Assembly: GCF_000007985.2 (NCBI RefSeq)
Contig: NC_002939.5
Span: 1,530,001-1,562,000, forward strand
Direction of reading: 5' to 3'
Origin: Geobacter sulfurreducens PCA
GTDB taxonomy: Bacteria; Desulfobacterota; Desulfuromonadia; Geobacterales; Geobacteraceae
Length of the DNA stretch: 32,000 bases
This document shows, piece after piece, positions 8,069 through 17,082 of the stretch (position 1 is its first letter; every line of letters starts with the position of its first letter). The notes below the pieces were generated by a model that made no database searches, was not told the DNA's origin, and worked only from the letters and a program-made list of their open reading frames with translations. The translations under genes and the position numbers were made by a program.

Positions 8069-9133
8069 CTACAGCCATCTCTTGCGCCGGAAGAATATTC
8101 CCATACCCAGGCTTACCAGGAGCATCAGCAGGAGAACGGCCGGGTAGCCCCAGTGCCATTCGAGCTCGGGCATGTAGCGGAAGTTCATGCCATAGACCCC
8201 GGCGATGAAGGTGAGCGGCATGAAGATGGTGGCGATGATGGTGAGCACCTTCATCACTTCGTTGGTCCGGTTGCCGATGGCGGAGAGGTAGATGTCGAGG
8301 ATCTCCGACAGGAGGTCCCGGAAGGTCTCCACGGTTTCGATGATCTGGATGCAGTGGTCGTAGACGTCCCGCAGGTAGATGACGGTTTCGCCGCGCACCA
8401 GGGGCGATTCGCGCCGCTCCAGCCGTCCCAGCACCTCTCGCAGGGGCCAGACGGATTTGCGCAGAAAGATGGTTTCCCGCTTGAGGTGCTGGATCTTCAC
8501 GACCGTCTTGCGGCTGGGGCCGGCGATGACTTCTTCTTCCAGTTCCTCGATCCGCTCGGCCAGATCTTCGAGGATCACGAAGTAGTAGTCCACAATGGCG
8601 TCCATGAGTGAGTAGAGCAGAAAGTCGGACCCGCTCTTGCGAAGCTTGCCCCGGTTTTCCCTCAGGCGCCGGCGGATGGAGTCGAAGAGGTCTCCCTTGA
8701 ATCCTTCCTGGAAGGAGATGAGAAACGAGGGGCCGAGCACGAAGCTGACCTGTTCCGCGGTAAGCGAGCCATCCGGCTGGAGGGAGAGCATCTTCAGGAC
8801 CACGAAGAGATAGTCGTCGAAGTCCTCCAGTTTGGGGCGCTGGTCGGTATTGAGGATGTCTTCGAGGGTGAGGGGGTGGATACCGTAGCATTCGCCGAGT
8901 GTCTTGAGCAGTTCGGGCCGGTGGATACCCTCCATGTCGAGCCACCGCACCCCCGGCTGGTCGCTATGGGGAAAACACTCGGCAATGTCGTCCGTTTCCC
9001 GCTCGCTGATGCTCGTTTCGTCGTAGTCGACAAGGGATATCCGGACCGGTTCGCCGGTCTGCTCGCCGATGTGGACCAGACTGCCGGGAGGAAGGCCTGT
9101 CTTGCGGGAACGTTGCTTGATGATTTTTTTCAT
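8069..9133 (-). CDS. corA: CorA-family Mg2+/Co2+ transporter
   Basis: The C-terminus has two TM helices and the YGMNF signature (GVYGMNFRYMPEL). The length of 354 aa is typical. Confidence 0.92.
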   Translation of the reverse strand: MKKIIKQRSRKTGLPPGSLVHIGEQTGEPVRISLVDYDETSISERETDDIAECFPHSDQPGVRWLDMEGIHRPELLKTLGECYGIHPLTLEDILNTDQRPKLEDFDDYLFVVLKMLSLQPDGSLTAEQVSFVLGPSFLISFQEGFKGDLFDSIRRRLRENRGKLRKSGSDFLLYSLMDAIVDYYFVILEDLAERIEELEEEVIAGPSRKTVVKIQHLKRETIFLRKSVWPLREVLGRLERRESPLVRGETVIYLRDVYDHCIQIIETVETFRDLLSEILDIYLSAIGNRTNEVMKVLTIIATIFMPLTFIAGVYGMNFRYMPELEWHWGYPAVLLLMLLVSLGMGIFFRRKRWL

Positions 9134-9136
9134 AGT

Positions 9137-10039
9137 CTATGCGCAGGTGACGCAGTTGCGTCCGGCACCCTTGCTCCGGTACAGGAGTTCGTCGGTCCGC
9201 TTGAGCAGGCTCCCGACGGTGTCGTCCGAGGTTGCCAGGGTGGCGCCGATGGAGACGGTAACCCGTGCGATGTTGTCGCCGACCGTCATGCTCGACTCCT
9301 CGACCAGGCGGCGGAATCGCTCTGCCATCTCGCACAGCCGTTTCTCTCTCACATTGGTAATGATCGCGATGAATTCCTCGCCGCCCCAACGGCCGATCAG
9401 ATCGTAGGAGCGCACGGCATTGCGCAGGGTTCTGGCCGCCATTTTGAGGAGGTCGTCTCCCATCTGGTGCCCGAAACTGTCGTTGATCTCCTTGAAGTGG
9501 TCCAGATCCAGGAGCATGACCCCGAAGGGCCAGCCGTACCGGAACATCTCGTCGAATTTGGACTGGAGGTACATCTGGATGTAACGCCGGTTGGCCACGC
9601 CGGTGAGGGGGTCCAGAAAGACGAGTTGCTGAAGCTCGTCGATCCGCTGGAGGTCCGAGAGCCGGGCGGAATTGTCGCTGAAGACTTCCACGGCACCGAC
9701 AATCTCACCGCTTCCGTTCCGGATAGGCGAGACACGCACGTTGACCGGCACCCGGTGTCCGGCCCGATGGTGGAAAAAGACCTCTGCTTCCCGGGGGATG
9801 CCGTCTTCCAGAGTATGGGCCACGGGACAGAGTTTTTCGCAGAGGCTGACCCCGTCGTTATTCGTGTGGCAGAGGATGTTGTCCCGGCAGCGGGAACCCG
9901 TCACGTTGTCGGCCCCGTAGCCGGTGAGCCGTTCGGCGCCCCGGTTCCAGTAGGTGATGCGCCGGTCCCGGTCCACGAAGTAGACGCCGTCGTACAGATT
10001 GTCGATCAGTTCTTTGTAGAAGGTGGTGTCAGGCTTCAT
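9137..10039 (-). CDS. PAS-domain diguanylate cyclase (GGDEF) with an RxxD I-site
   Basis: It has the GGEEF active-site motif (RWGGEEFIAI) with RSYD five residues upstream. The N-terminal PAS domain (FVDRDRRITYWNRGAERLTGY) contains four Cys. The SD GGAGGAA lies 9 nt upstream of the ATG. The stop lies 3 nt before the corA ATG. Confidence 0.9.
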   Translation of the reverse strand: MKPDTTFYKELIDNLYDGVYFVDRDRRITYWNRGAERLTGYGADNVTGSRCRDNILCHTNNDGVSLCEKLCPVAHTLEDGIPREAEVFFHHRAGHRVPVNVRVSPIRNGSGEIVGAVEVFSDNSARLSDLQRIDELQQLVFLDPLTGVANRRYIQMYLQSKFDEMFRYGWPFGVMLLDLDHFKEINDSFGHQMGDDLLKMAARTLRNAVRSYDLIGRWGGEEFIAIITNVREKRLCEMAERFRRLVEESSMTVGDNIARVTVSIGATLATSDDTVGSLLKRTDELLYRSKGAGRNCVTCA

Positions 10040-10224
10040 CAGCTAACGTTCCTCCGGGTCGGTTGGGCGCAACCTCCCTGCTCGTTTACGCTAAGTGTAA
10101 AGCAATTGTCGGCGATTTCCACCCGGGAAGCAGGGGAAAGCTGCAGCGGAAGGTACGGGATTGTTGCCGGTAAATTCAGGTCGCCCGCACGTTGCTGCGC
10201 CGGCGGTCCGGTAGTCCCGGCGTG

Positions 10225-10254
10225 TTGACAGGGTCCGGCGTTTCGTGACATAAT
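10225..10254 (+). promoter_or_regulatory. Putative sigma70 promoter for dnaE
   Basis: TTGACA (10225-10230), an 18-nt spacer, then CATAAT (10249-10254), about 115 nt upstream of the dnaE ATG. This is a pattern match only. Confidence 0.4.
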
Positions 10255-10368
10255 TGGGAACATTTTTAGCTGGAGTAAAAATGGGAGTTGCAGGGTACCG
10301 CGGCTCCCATCGTTGTATGTGCTTCCGGGCTCCGCATACTGCCGCAGGGCCTGTCCACAGGGATATCA

Positions 10369-13300
10369 ATGAGCTTTGTCCATCTCCATCTCCATACCCA
10401 GTACTCCCTTCTCGACGGCGCCATCCGCCTGGGCGACCTGGTGAAAAAGGTTAAGTCCCACGACATGCCCGCCGTGGCCATCACCGACCACGGCGCCATG
10501 TTCGGGGCCATGGAATTCTACCTTAAGTGCAAGGACAAGGACGTGAAGCCGGTCATCGGCGCGGAGGTCTATATCGCGCCGGGCTCCCGTTTCGTCAAGG
10601 AGGCCAGGGGAGGGGAGGCCGGCGCCGGCTACCACCTGCTGCTCCTGTGCGAGAACATGACCGGCTACCGGAACCTGTCCAAACTGGTCTCCATCGGCTT
10701 CAAGGAAGGGTTCTACTACAAGCCGCGCATCGACAAGGAGGTCCTGGCCGAGAACGCCGAGGGGCTCATCTGCCTTTCCGCCTGCCTCAAGGGGGAGGTT
10801 GCCTATCTGTGCGAGCGCGACCGGGTCGCCGAGGCGGTGGACGTGGCCCGCTGGTATGCCGATCTCTTCCCGGACCGCTACTACATCGAGCTTCAGGAAA
10901 ACGGCCTCGTTGAACAGGACAAGGCCAACCGGGGGCTGCTGGAGGTGGCGCGGGAAGTGGGTCTGCCGCTGGTGGCCACCAACGACTGCCACTATCTCAA
11001 CCGGGAGGATGCCCGGGCCCACGAGGTGCTCCTCTGCATCCAGACCGGCAAGACCATGAACGATCCGTCGCGGATGCGCTTCTCCGTTGACGAGTTTTAC
11101 GTGAAGACCCCCGAGGAGATGGCCGCCGCATTCCACTATGCGCCCGAGGCGATCTCCAACACCGTGAAGATCGCCGAGCGGTGCGATCTTTCCTTTGACT
11201 TCAAGACCTATCACTTCCCCCGCTTCGAGCCCCCCGTCGGCCTGAGCCTTGATCAGATGCTGGAGGAGGCTGCCCGCACGGGACTGGAGTCGCGCCTGAC
11301 CGCTATCCGGGCCAAGCACTCGTCCATGACCGCCGAGCAGGAGCAGGCCTACTGGGACCGCCTCGCCATCGAGCTCGCCTGCATCAAGCAGATGGGGTTC
11401 CCGGGCTACTTCCTGATCGTGGCCGATTTCATCAACTGGGCCAAGGACCACGGCATTCCCGTGGGCCCGGGCCGGGGCTCGGCGGCCGGCTCGCTGGTGG
11501 CCTACGCCATCCGGATCACCGACCTGGACCCGATCCCCTACAACCTCCTCTTCGAGCGCTTCCTTAACCCGGAGCGGATATCCATGCCCGATATCGACGT
11601 GGACTTCTGCCAGGATCGGCGCGAGGAGGTGATCCAGTATGTCACCGAGAAGTACGGTCGCGACAAGGTCTGCCAGATCATCACCTTCGGGACCATGTCC
11701 GCCCGGGCCGTCATCCGCGACGTGGGGCGGGCCCTGGACATGACCTACGGCGAGGTGGACCGGATCGCCAAGCTGGTGCCGGAGGTCCTGGGCATTACAC
11801 TGGAAAAGGCCATTGCGCAGGAGCCCAAGCTCAACGAGGCGGCCGAGGCCGATCCGCGGGTGAAGGAGCTGCTGGAGGTGGCCCTGCGCCTGGAGGGGCT
11901 TGCCCGCCATGCCTCCACCCACGCGGCCGGCGTGGTGGTGGCCCCCGATGTGCTGGAGCAGTTCTGCCCGGTCTACAAGGACCAGAAGAGCGGCTCGCTC
12001 ACCACCCAGTACTCCATGAAGTACGTGGAGAAGATCGGGCTGGTCAAGTTCGACTTCCTGGGGCTCAAGAACCTGACGGTCATATTCAACGCGGTCCGGC
12101 ACATCCGGGCCGACAAAAAGCCGGACTTCGACATCGCCGCCCTGCGGGACGACGACGAGGAGAGCTACAAGCTGCTCCAGGCCGGCAACACCACCGGGGT
12201 GTTCCAGCTTGAATCCTCGGGGATGCGGGAACTGCTCCGCAAGCTCAAGCCCTCCTGCTTCGAAGACATCATCGCCGTCTGCGCCCTCTACCGTCCCGGC
12301 CCCCTCGGCTCGGGCATGGTGGACGACTTCATCGACCGCAAGCACGGCCGCAAGAAGGTGGTCTACGATCTGCCGCAACTGGAGCCGATCCTCAAGGACA
12401 CCTACGGGGTCATCGTCTACCAGGAGCAGGTCATGCAGATCGCCCGCTCCCTGGCCGGCTACTCCCTGGGCGGCGCCGACCTGCTGCGCCGGGCCATGGG
12501 CAAGAAGGACCCGGCCGAGATGGCCAAGCAGCGGGACATCTTCCTGGAAGGGGCCAAGAACAACGGCATCGATCTCCAGAAGGCCGGCGCCATCTTCGAC
12601 CTGATGGCCAAGTTCGCCGAGTACGGGTTCAACAAGTCCCACTCGGCCGCCTATGCCCTGGTGGCCTACCAGACCGCCTATCTCAAGGCCCACTATCCGG
12701 TTGAGTTCATGGCCGCGCTCCTGACCGAGGACATGGCCAACACCGACAAGGTGGTCAAGAACATCGCCGACTGCCGCGAGATGGGGATCGAGGTGCTGCC
12801 ACCGGACATCAATGCCTCGGATCTGTCGTTCCGGGTCCTGGGCAACTCCATCCGCTTCGGTCTCGGCGCGGTCAAGAACGTGGGCGAGTCGGCCATCGAA
12901 GCCATCATCGAGGCCCGGGGCGACGGCCCGTTCAAGGATATTTTCGAGTTCTGCGAGCGGGTTGACCTGCGCAAGGTCAACAAGCGGGTGGTGGAATCCC
13001 TGATCAAGTGCGGCGCCTTCGACTCGACCGGCGGGCGGCGCTCCCAGCTCACGGCGGCCCTTGAAGATGCCATGTCCCTGGGCCAGAAGATCCAGCAGGA
13101 GAAGGAAAGCGCCCAGGTGTCGCTCTTCGGTGCCGAGGAGATCGTCCGGACCAACGGCAACGGCAAGGGAAAGGTGCAGCTCCCCGATCTGCCCGAATGG
13201 GACGACAAGTTTCTGCTGGCCCAGGAAAAGGAGGCCCTCGGCTTTTTCATCACCGGCCATCCCCTGGGCCGCCACGAGAAGGACATCCGGCGCTTCACCA

Positions 13301-13836
13301 CCGCCGACACCGCCACCCTGGAGGAGCGGGCCGACAAGAGCGAGGTCAAAATTTGCGGCATCGTGGCCACCATGAAGGAGCTCATGACCAAGAAGGGGGA
13401 CCGGATGGCCTTTGCCACCCTGGAGGACCTGGTGGGCTCCGTGGAGGTGGTGGTCTTCCCCGAGGTCTTTGCCAAGGCGTCGGAATACCTCAAGTCGGAC
13501 GATCCGCTGCTGGTCACCGGCACCATCGATAAGGGGGAGAAGAGCGCCAAGATCATGGCCAGCGACGTGGTTCTTCTCCGGGACGTGACCGCGCGGCAGA
13601 CCTCACGGGTGATCTTCGCCCTGCAGGGGGACGGCCTCGACCGCTATCGCCTGGAGGAGCTCAAGGCGATCATGCTCCGCCATCCCGGTACCTGCAAGGC
13701 CACCCTCACCATCGACATCCCGGACCAGTGCCGCGCCACCATTGCCCTGCCCGATTCCTGCATGGTTGCGCCCTCTGACGAATTGACGGTGGAGGTCAAG
13801 AACCTCTTCGGCTATCATGCCGTTGCGTTTGAATAG
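10369..13836 (+). CDS. dnaE: DNA polymerase III alpha subunit
   Basis: The PHP-domain start MSFVHLHLHTQYSLLDGA is followed by typical DnaE core motifs through a C-terminal OB-fold region, giving 1155 aa from ATG 10369. The ORF-track start at 10288 adds a non-conserved 27-aa extension. Confidence 0.97.
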   Translation: MSFVHLHLHTQYSLLDGAIRLGDLVKKVKSHDMPAVAITDHGAMFGAMEFYLKCKDKDVKPVIGAEVYIAPGSRFVKEARGGEAGAGYHLLLLCENMTGYRNLSKLVSIGFKEGFYYKPRIDKEVLAENAEGLICLSACLKGEVAYLCERDRVAEAVDVARWYADLFPDRYYIELQENGLVEQDKANRGLLEVAREVGLPLVATNDCHYLNREDARAHEVLLCIQTGKTMNDPSRMRFSVDEFYVKTPEEMAAAFHYAPEAISNTVKIAERCDLSFDFKTYHFPRFEPPVGLSLDQMLEEAARTGLESRLTAIRAKHSSMTAEQEQAYWDRLAIELACIKQMGFPGYFLIVADFINWAKDHGIPVGPGRGSAAGSLVAYAIRITDLDPIPYNLLFERFLNPERISMPDIDVDFCQDRREEVIQYVTEKYGRDKVCQIITFGTMSARAVIRDVGRALDMTYGEVDRIAKLVPEVLGITLEKAIAQEPKLNEAAEADPRVKELLEVALRLEGLARHASTHAAGVVVAPDVLEQFCPVYKDQKSGSLTTQYSMKYVEKIGLVKFDFLGLKNLTVIFNAVRHIRADKKPDFDIAALRDDDEESYKLLQAGNTTGVFQLESSGMRELLRKLKPSCFEDIIAVCALYRPGPLGSGMVDDFIDRKHGRKKVVYDLPQLEPILKDTYGVIVYQEQVMQIARSLAGYSLGGADLLRRAMGKKDPAEMAKQRDIFLEGAKNNGIDLQKAGAIFDLMAKFAEYGFNKSHSAAYALVAYQTAYLKAHYPVEFMAALLTEDMANTDKVVKNIADCREMGIEVLPPDINASDLSFRVLGNSIRFGLGAVKNVGESAIEAIIEARGDGPFKDIFEFCERVDLRKVNKRVVESLIKCGAFDSTGGRRSQLTAALEDAMSLGQKIQQEKESAQVSLFGAEEIVRTNGNGKGKVQLPDLPEWDDKFLLAQEKEALGFFITGHPLGRHEKDIRRFTTADTATLEERADKSEVKICGIVATMKELMTKKGDRMAFATLEDLVGSVEVVVFPEVFAKASEYLKSDDPLLVTGTIDKGEKSAKIMASDVVLLRDVTARQTSRVIFALQGDGLDRYRLEELKAIMLRHPGTCKATLTIDIPDQCRATIALPDSCMVAPSDELTVEVKNLFGYHAVAFE

Positions 13837-13873
13837 AGAGAGAAGCTAACGCATACCCAAAGGAGAACACTCA

Positions 13874-14833
13874 ATGGCTGCCCAATATTACATGGAATTC
13901 GAAAAACCGGTGGTTGAGCTTGAGAAAAAAGTACAGGAACTGGCCGAACTGGCCGGCACTAACGCCGAACTGGCGGGCGAAGTGACCAAGCTGGAGAAGA
14001 AGGTCGACCGGATGCGCGAGGTGATCTTCTCCAACCTGTCCCGCTGGCAGACGGTGCAGGTGGCCCGCCACATCGAGCGTCCCTTCACCCTGGACTACCT
14101 CAACCTGATCTTCACCGATTTCACCGAACTCCATGGCGACCGCCTGTTCGGCGACGATCACGCCATTGTCGCCGGCCTGGCGAAGCTCGACGGTGAGCCG
14201 GTGGTGGTCATCGGCCACCAGAAGGGGCGCGACACCAAGGAGAAGGTCTACCGCAACTTCGGCATGCCCAACCCCGAGGGGTACCGCAAGGCCCTGCGGA
14301 TCATGGAGCTGGCCGAGCGGTTCCGGCTGCCCATCATCACCTTCGTGGACACCCCCGGCGCGTTTCCCGGCATCGGCGCCGAGGAGCGGGGCCAGGCCGA
14401 GGCCATTGCGCGCAACCTCAGGGAGATGGCGGCCCTCACCGTGCCGATCATTGTCGTGGTCACCGGAGAGGGGGGCTCCGGCGGGGCGCTGGCCATCGCC
14501 GTGGGCGACCGGGTCCTCATGCTCCAGTACTCCATCTACGCCGTCATCTCCCCCGAGGGGTGCGCCGCCATCCTCTGGTCCGACGGCACTAAGGGTGAGC
14601 AGGCCGCCGAGGCCCTCAAACTGACCGCCAAGGACCTGAAGGAGCTTGAGGTGATCGACGAGATTGTGCCCGAGCCCCTGGGCGGCGCCCACCGCGACCA
14701 TGAGGCCATGGCCAGGACCCTCCACGAAGCCATCGCCCGGCAGTTGAAGGAGCTGAAGGCGATTCCCGCGGAGCAACTGGTGGAGGAGCGGTACCAGAAG
14801 TTCCGCAAAATGTCGCGCTTCATCGAAGGGTAG
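13874..14833 (+). CDS. accA: Acetyl-CoA carboxylase carboxyltransferase alpha subunit
   Basis: The 319-aa protein has typical AccA sequence ([47 protein letters not shown]). The SD AAAGGAGAA lies upstream. Confidence 0.95.
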   Translation: MAAQYYMEFEKPVVELEKKVQELAELAGTNAELAGEVTKLEKKVDRMREVIFSNLSRWQTVQVARHIERPFTLDYLNLIFTDFTELHGDRLFGDDHAIVAGLAKLDGEPVVVIGHQKGRDTKEKVYRNFGMPNPEGYRKALRIMELAERFRLPIITFVDTPGAFPGIGAEERGQAEAIARNLREMAALTVPIIVVVTGEGGSGGALAIAVGDRVLMLQYSIYAVISPEGCAAILWSDGTKGEQAAEALKLTAKDLKELEVIDEIVPEPLGGAHRDHEAMARTLHEAIARQLKELKAIPAEQLVEERYQKFRKMSRFIEG

Positions 14834-14947
14834 GGCCGAGACGCACCGGGGGCGGCAACCGCCTTCGGGCAACCTGACAGTCTGAAGGCTGGAGACGTTC
14901 GCGGGGAGTTCCCCGGTCTTCGGCCTTTAGTCTTTTTGGAGGGGCAT

Positions 14948-15691
14948 ATGGAAGAACGATTGCAGAAGCTGCTGTCCCAGGCGGGGGTCGCGTCCCGGCG
15001 CGAGGCGGAACGGTTCATCACCGAGGGACGGGTGGCGGTGAACGGCACGGTCGTTACCGAGCTGGGGAGCAAGGCCGACCCGGAGCGGGACCGGATAACC
15101 GTGGACGGGCAGCCCGTCCGTCCGGCGGAGAAGAAGGTGTATCTCATCCTCAACAAGCCCGTGGGCTATATGACCACCCTCAGGGATCCGGAGGGGAGAC
15201 CCATTGTCACCGATCTCCTCAAGGGGCTCGATGTCCGCGTCTTTCCCGTGGGGCGGCTCGACTACAACACCGAGGGGCTTCTGCTGCTCACCAATGACGG
15301 TGCCTGGGCCAACCGGCTCGCCCATCCCCGGCATGAGGTGGACAAGGAATACCTGGTCCGGGTGCGGGGGGCTGTGGCCAAGGAGCAGATCCGGCGGCTG
15401 GCTACCGGTGTGGAACTGGACGACGGGCCGACGGCGCCGGCAAAGGTGGAGGTGTCCAGCCAGAGCGATAACAACACCTGGCTTTCCATCGTGATTCACG
15501 AGGGGCGCTACCGCCAGGTGCGCCGCATGTGCGAAGCCGTGAGCCTGTCGGTGGTCCGCCTGCGCCGGGTGAGATACGGCGCGGTCTCGCTCGGCGACCT
15601 GAAACCGGGGGAGTACCGGCCCCTCAGCCCGACGGAGGTTGCAGCCCTGGCCGGCCGCGAAAAACGAGAACAGCGCCGTCGGAAAGCCTGA
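14948..15691 (+). CDS. rluB: RsuA/RluB-family 23S rRNA pseudouridine synthase (S4 domain plus catalytic domain)
   Basis: It has the S4 motif (RLQKLLSQAGVASRREAERFITEGRVAVNG), the catalytic VGRLDYNTEGLLLLTND motif and a basic C-terminal tail. ATG 14948 is preceded by GGAGGGG. The ORF-track TTG at 14936 overlaps that SD. Confidence 0.88.
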   Translation: MEERLQKLLSQAGVASRREAERFITEGRVAVNGTVVTELGSKADPERDRITVDGQPVRPAEKKVYLILNKPVGYMTTLRDPEGRPIVTDLLKGLDVRVFPVGRLDYNTEGLLLLTNDGAWANRLAHPRHEVDKEYLVRVRGAVAKEQIRRLATGVELDDGPTAPAKVEVSSQSDNNTWLSIVIHEGRYRQVRRMCEAVSLSVVRLRRVRYGAVSLGDLKPGEYRPLSPTEVAALAGREKREQRRRKA

Positions 15692-15732
15692 TCGCTCAAG
15701 GCTGCTTTTGTTGGATCATTTTGTGTCCGGAT

Positions 15733-16695
15733 TTAGTGCATCGTTTTGAGGGGAAATGCGCATGGCCTCATGCGCAGCAGAAATTTTCGGCCGTCATAGA
15801 TGGTTTCCAGAAGAAGGCCCCTGTCGATGAGCCGTTCCACCTCTGACCAGTCGGTACCTGCCTTGACCAGAAGCTCACGCGCGGCATCTTCCCGCAAGGG
15901 ATGAACGCCCGTGATGCCGAGCAGGTCGGCGGTCACGTCTCCACTGCCGGTAAAGTCGTTCCCTTCGTAGCCGGTGAGGTATTCCACTCGCTCAACGCTT
16001 CCCGAAATAATCTGCACGGCCCGATTGAGGGCCTCGGCTGTCGGCGGCGTCGCCCACCGCTCCGTCGGCGGCCTGATAGGAACTGCGACATAGGAGACGT
16101 CCGGTTTCAGCTCCCCCAGAAACGCCGCAAGCATCTCCAGTTCGGTTTCGGAGTCATTGATGCCGCTCACCAGCATGGTCTCAGTGGCGAGTGTCCCCGT
16201 GAACTCTTCGGCAAACAGGGCCATTCCGCTCAAGAGGTCGGCGAGCCGCAGGGTGGCGGCCGGCCTGTTGATGCGGTGCCATGCGTCCCCGTCCACTGCA
16301 TCCACCTTGAGGGAAACCCAATCCGCCAGGGCAAGTTCGGCCCTTACGTCGGAACGCCAGATGAGCGAGCTGTTGGTGATGACGGCGATTTTTATGCCGA
16401 GGGGTCTGAGCAGCTCGATTTCTCTCCCGAGGTTCAGGTCAAGGGTCGGTTCACCGTCGGCCACAAACGTAAGGTAATCGATCCGTTCGCCCCGTTCGAT
16501 GAGTCTGCGGACCGCCCGCTCAACCTCGACGGCAATGGTTTCCGGGCGGCAGAAGCGGCGCCGGGCGCTCTGAATGGAGCAGGTCCGGCCCAACTGGCAG
16601 TAAACGCAAGAATAGGAACATGCCTTGGCAGGTATGGTGTCGAGCCCGAGGCTGCGCCCCAGGCGTCTGGATGGTACCGGTCCGAAGATGAACAT
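15733..16695 (-). CDS. Radical SAM protein of unknown specificity
   Basis: It has the CxxxCxxC cluster motif (CSYSCVYCQ) close to the N-terminus. The N-terminus MFIFGPVPSRRLGRSLG is typical of a widespread radical SAM subfamily. ATG 16695 has AAGGAAGA upstream. The alternative ATG 16737 lacks an SD. Confidence 0.8.
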   Translation of the reverse strand: MFIFGPVPSRRLGRSLGLDTIPAKACSYSCVYCQLGRTCSIQSARRRFCRPETIAVEVERAVRRLIERGERIDYLTFVADGEPTLDLNLGREIELLRPLGIKIAVITNSSLIWRSDVRAELALADWVSLKVDAVDGDAWHRINRPAATLRLADLLSGMALFAEEFTGTLATETMLVSGINDSETELEMLAAFLGELKPDVSYVAVPIRPPTERWATPPTAEALNRAVQIISGSVERVEYLTGYEGNDFTGSGDVTADLLGITGVHPLREDAARELLVKAGTDWSEVERLIDRGLLLETIYDGRKFLLRMRPCAFPLKTMH

Positions 16696-16819
16696 GATGC
16701 GTCCGTCTTCCTTGAGCACTACGGTTCGTCCGGGCATGCACCCGGCAAGATCATGAATTCATCCCAAAGTATACCCTGTTCGGAAATATATTCCAGAGAC
16801 GACCGTGACTCTTGGCAGC

Positions 16820-17071
16820 TCAGGGAAGGGTCAGGTGGCGAAGCGTTGCCCGGATTTCCTCTATGCCCACGGCCGTGCCGAAGCATCCCGCCCCGGCAAA
16901 GGGATCGTACTCCCTGATTTGCGAAACAAGGGTCTCCACCAGATGGGTACGGTCACCATACCGCTCCGGGTCGTCGGCGATGCCCAGTACATCGGCCAGC
17001 AGCCATTCCGGGAATTCACCCTCCGCATTCTGCCGGAGGGCAACCTCTCTGAGTTCTTCGAAGACGTCCAT
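16820..17071 (-). CDS. Hypothetical acidic 83-aa protein, last gene of the Fe-S/selenoprotein operon
   Basis: ATG at 17071 is preceded by the SD GAAAGGA at 6 nt spacing and lies 11 nt after the selenoprotein stop. The composition looks coding (MDVFEELREVALRQNAEGEFPEWLL...). I recognise no family. Confidence 0.55.
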   Translation of the reverse strand: MDVFEELREVALRQNAEGEFPEWLLADVLGIADDPERYGDRTHLVETLVSQIREYDPFAGAGCFGTAVGIEEIRATLRHLTLP

Positions 17072-17082
17072 ACGCAGTCCTT

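Noticed and set aside
10288-10368. The ORF track extends several genes at the N-terminus: dnaE from 10288, SCO1 from 8058, Mre11-like from 27694, SMC-like from 28809, DUF302 from 20646, NifX-like from 20941 and IscU-like from 18737.
   Set aside because: The extensions lack conservation-type sequence, often overlap the upstream gene, and are Arg/Pro-rich. Internal starts with proper SD spacing give the canonical N-termini: PHP motif, signal peptide, DLHLD motif and Walker A context.
10366-13275. A 969-aa ORF lies antisense to dnaE. Similar long antisense ORFs are 1240..2331, 3535..4437, 8876..10228, 13871..14872, 15901..16917, 17328..18185, 19479..20204, 24555..25391 and 30991..31959.
   Set aside because: These are typical high-GC shadow ORFs. 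Their composition is Gly/Arg/Pro/Val/His-rich with no recognisable motifs, and each lies fully opposite a gene with strong family signatures.
14834-14947. There is possible secondary structure between accA and rluB: GGGGAGTTCCCC, and GGCCGAGAC...GTCTTCGGCC followed by a T-rich run.
   Set aside because: The pairing is imperfect and the T-run is interrupted. I cannot distinguish a weak terminator or attenuator from chance GC-rich complementarity without folding software.
16741-16822. I considered that the TGA ending the 83-aa ORF (16820-16822) might also be a selenocysteine codon.
   Set aside because: Read-through adds only 22 residues (AAKSHGRLWNIFPNRVYFGMNS) with no motif. There is no convincing hairpin at SECIS distance, and the stretch looks like the promoter region of the radical SAM gene.
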